From Pseudomonadota bacterium (GTDB lineage Bacteria; Pseudomonadota; Gammaproteobacteria; Burkholderiales; SG8-39): 64,000 nt of DNA. The DNA lies in contig CANGMI010000002.1 in the NCBI GenBank assembly GCA_947455195.1, forward strand, positions 515,429 through 579,428. The letters run 5' to 3'. The notes under the pieces are model-generated. The model made no database searches and had not been told where the DNA came from. It saw only the letters and a program-made list of their open reading frames with translations. Positions within the stretch are counted from its first letter, which is position 1. Each line of letters starts with the position of its first letter. This document shows, piece by piece, positions 63,909 to 64,000 of this stretch. The translations under genes were made by a program, and so were the position numbers.

Positions 63909-64000
63909 GTTGGCGCAGTGGGCTGGGGCAGGGCGCGCGCGCGGTTGCAGCAGCGGCGTCTCGGCTGATGCCGCTACGGTCCCGCATGCTCGACTGGGGC

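Larger units (their letters stand above)
44377..64000. mobile_element. integrative (probably conjugative) element inserted immediately downstream of guaA; left end only, element continues past the window
   Basis: There is an abrupt composition change at the guaA stop and an AT-rich repeat-laden junction. These are followed by a P4-type integrase, lower-GC cargo, and an AlpA-like / sigma / ParA / ParB-like / DUF2857 / STY4526-STY4528-like / DUF3577 / RadC / DUF932 backbone. That backbone is typical of SPI-7/pKLC102/ICEclc-superfamily elements. Confidence 0.85.

Overview
This is a 64-kb window from a high-GC proteobacterial chromosome. The gene order and a Bug/TctC-family binding protein suggest Betaproteobacteria (Burkholderiales or Rhodocyclales type), but the genus cannot be determined by eye.

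Positions 1-44376 are tightly packed core housekeeping genes in classical synteny:
- a Bug-family binding protein and a DUF924 protein
- the prmB-dapE-dapD-dapC operon and queF on the minus strand
- smc-zipA-ligA, then galU, hpt, an MTAP-family phosphorylase and def
- glnD-map on the minus strand
- the long cluster rpsB-tsf-pyrH-frr-uppS-cdsA-dxr-rseP-bamA-skp-lpxD-fabZ-lpxA-lpxB-rnhB-trmH
- divergent ppsR/ppsA, then smpB/ratA-rnfH, a DUF4124 protein, and guaB-guaA

I saw no rRNA gene, tRNA gene or CRISPR array.

Directly after the guaA stop codon (44376) both composition and gene content change. An AT-rich repeat-laden segment is followed by a P4-type (DUF4102) tyrosine integrase. After it comes the backbone of an SPI-7/pKLC102/ICEclc-superfamily integrative element:
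- an AlpA-like regulator and an ECF-like sigma factor
- parA, a parB-like gene and a DUF2857 gene
- STY4526/STY4528-like replication proteins
- a DUF3577 gene, radC, a DUF932 gene and a second tyrosine-recombinase-like gene

The element runs off the right edge of the window.

The most interesting cargo sits between the integrase and the backbone. It is a translationally coupled, lower-GC gene pair:
- a roughly 1590-aa protein with a sacsin/MORC-like GHKL ATPase at the N-terminus and a DUF3883 (NO VEIN C-terminal, PD-(D/E)xK) nuclease domain at the C-terminus
- a 577-aa NERD-nuclease / SF1 (UvrD-type) helicase fusion

I interpret this pair as a candidate anti-phage or anti-plasmid defence system that I cannot match to any named system.

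Many long ORFs in the supplied track are antisense or alternate-frame artefacts of the high GC content and were rejected.
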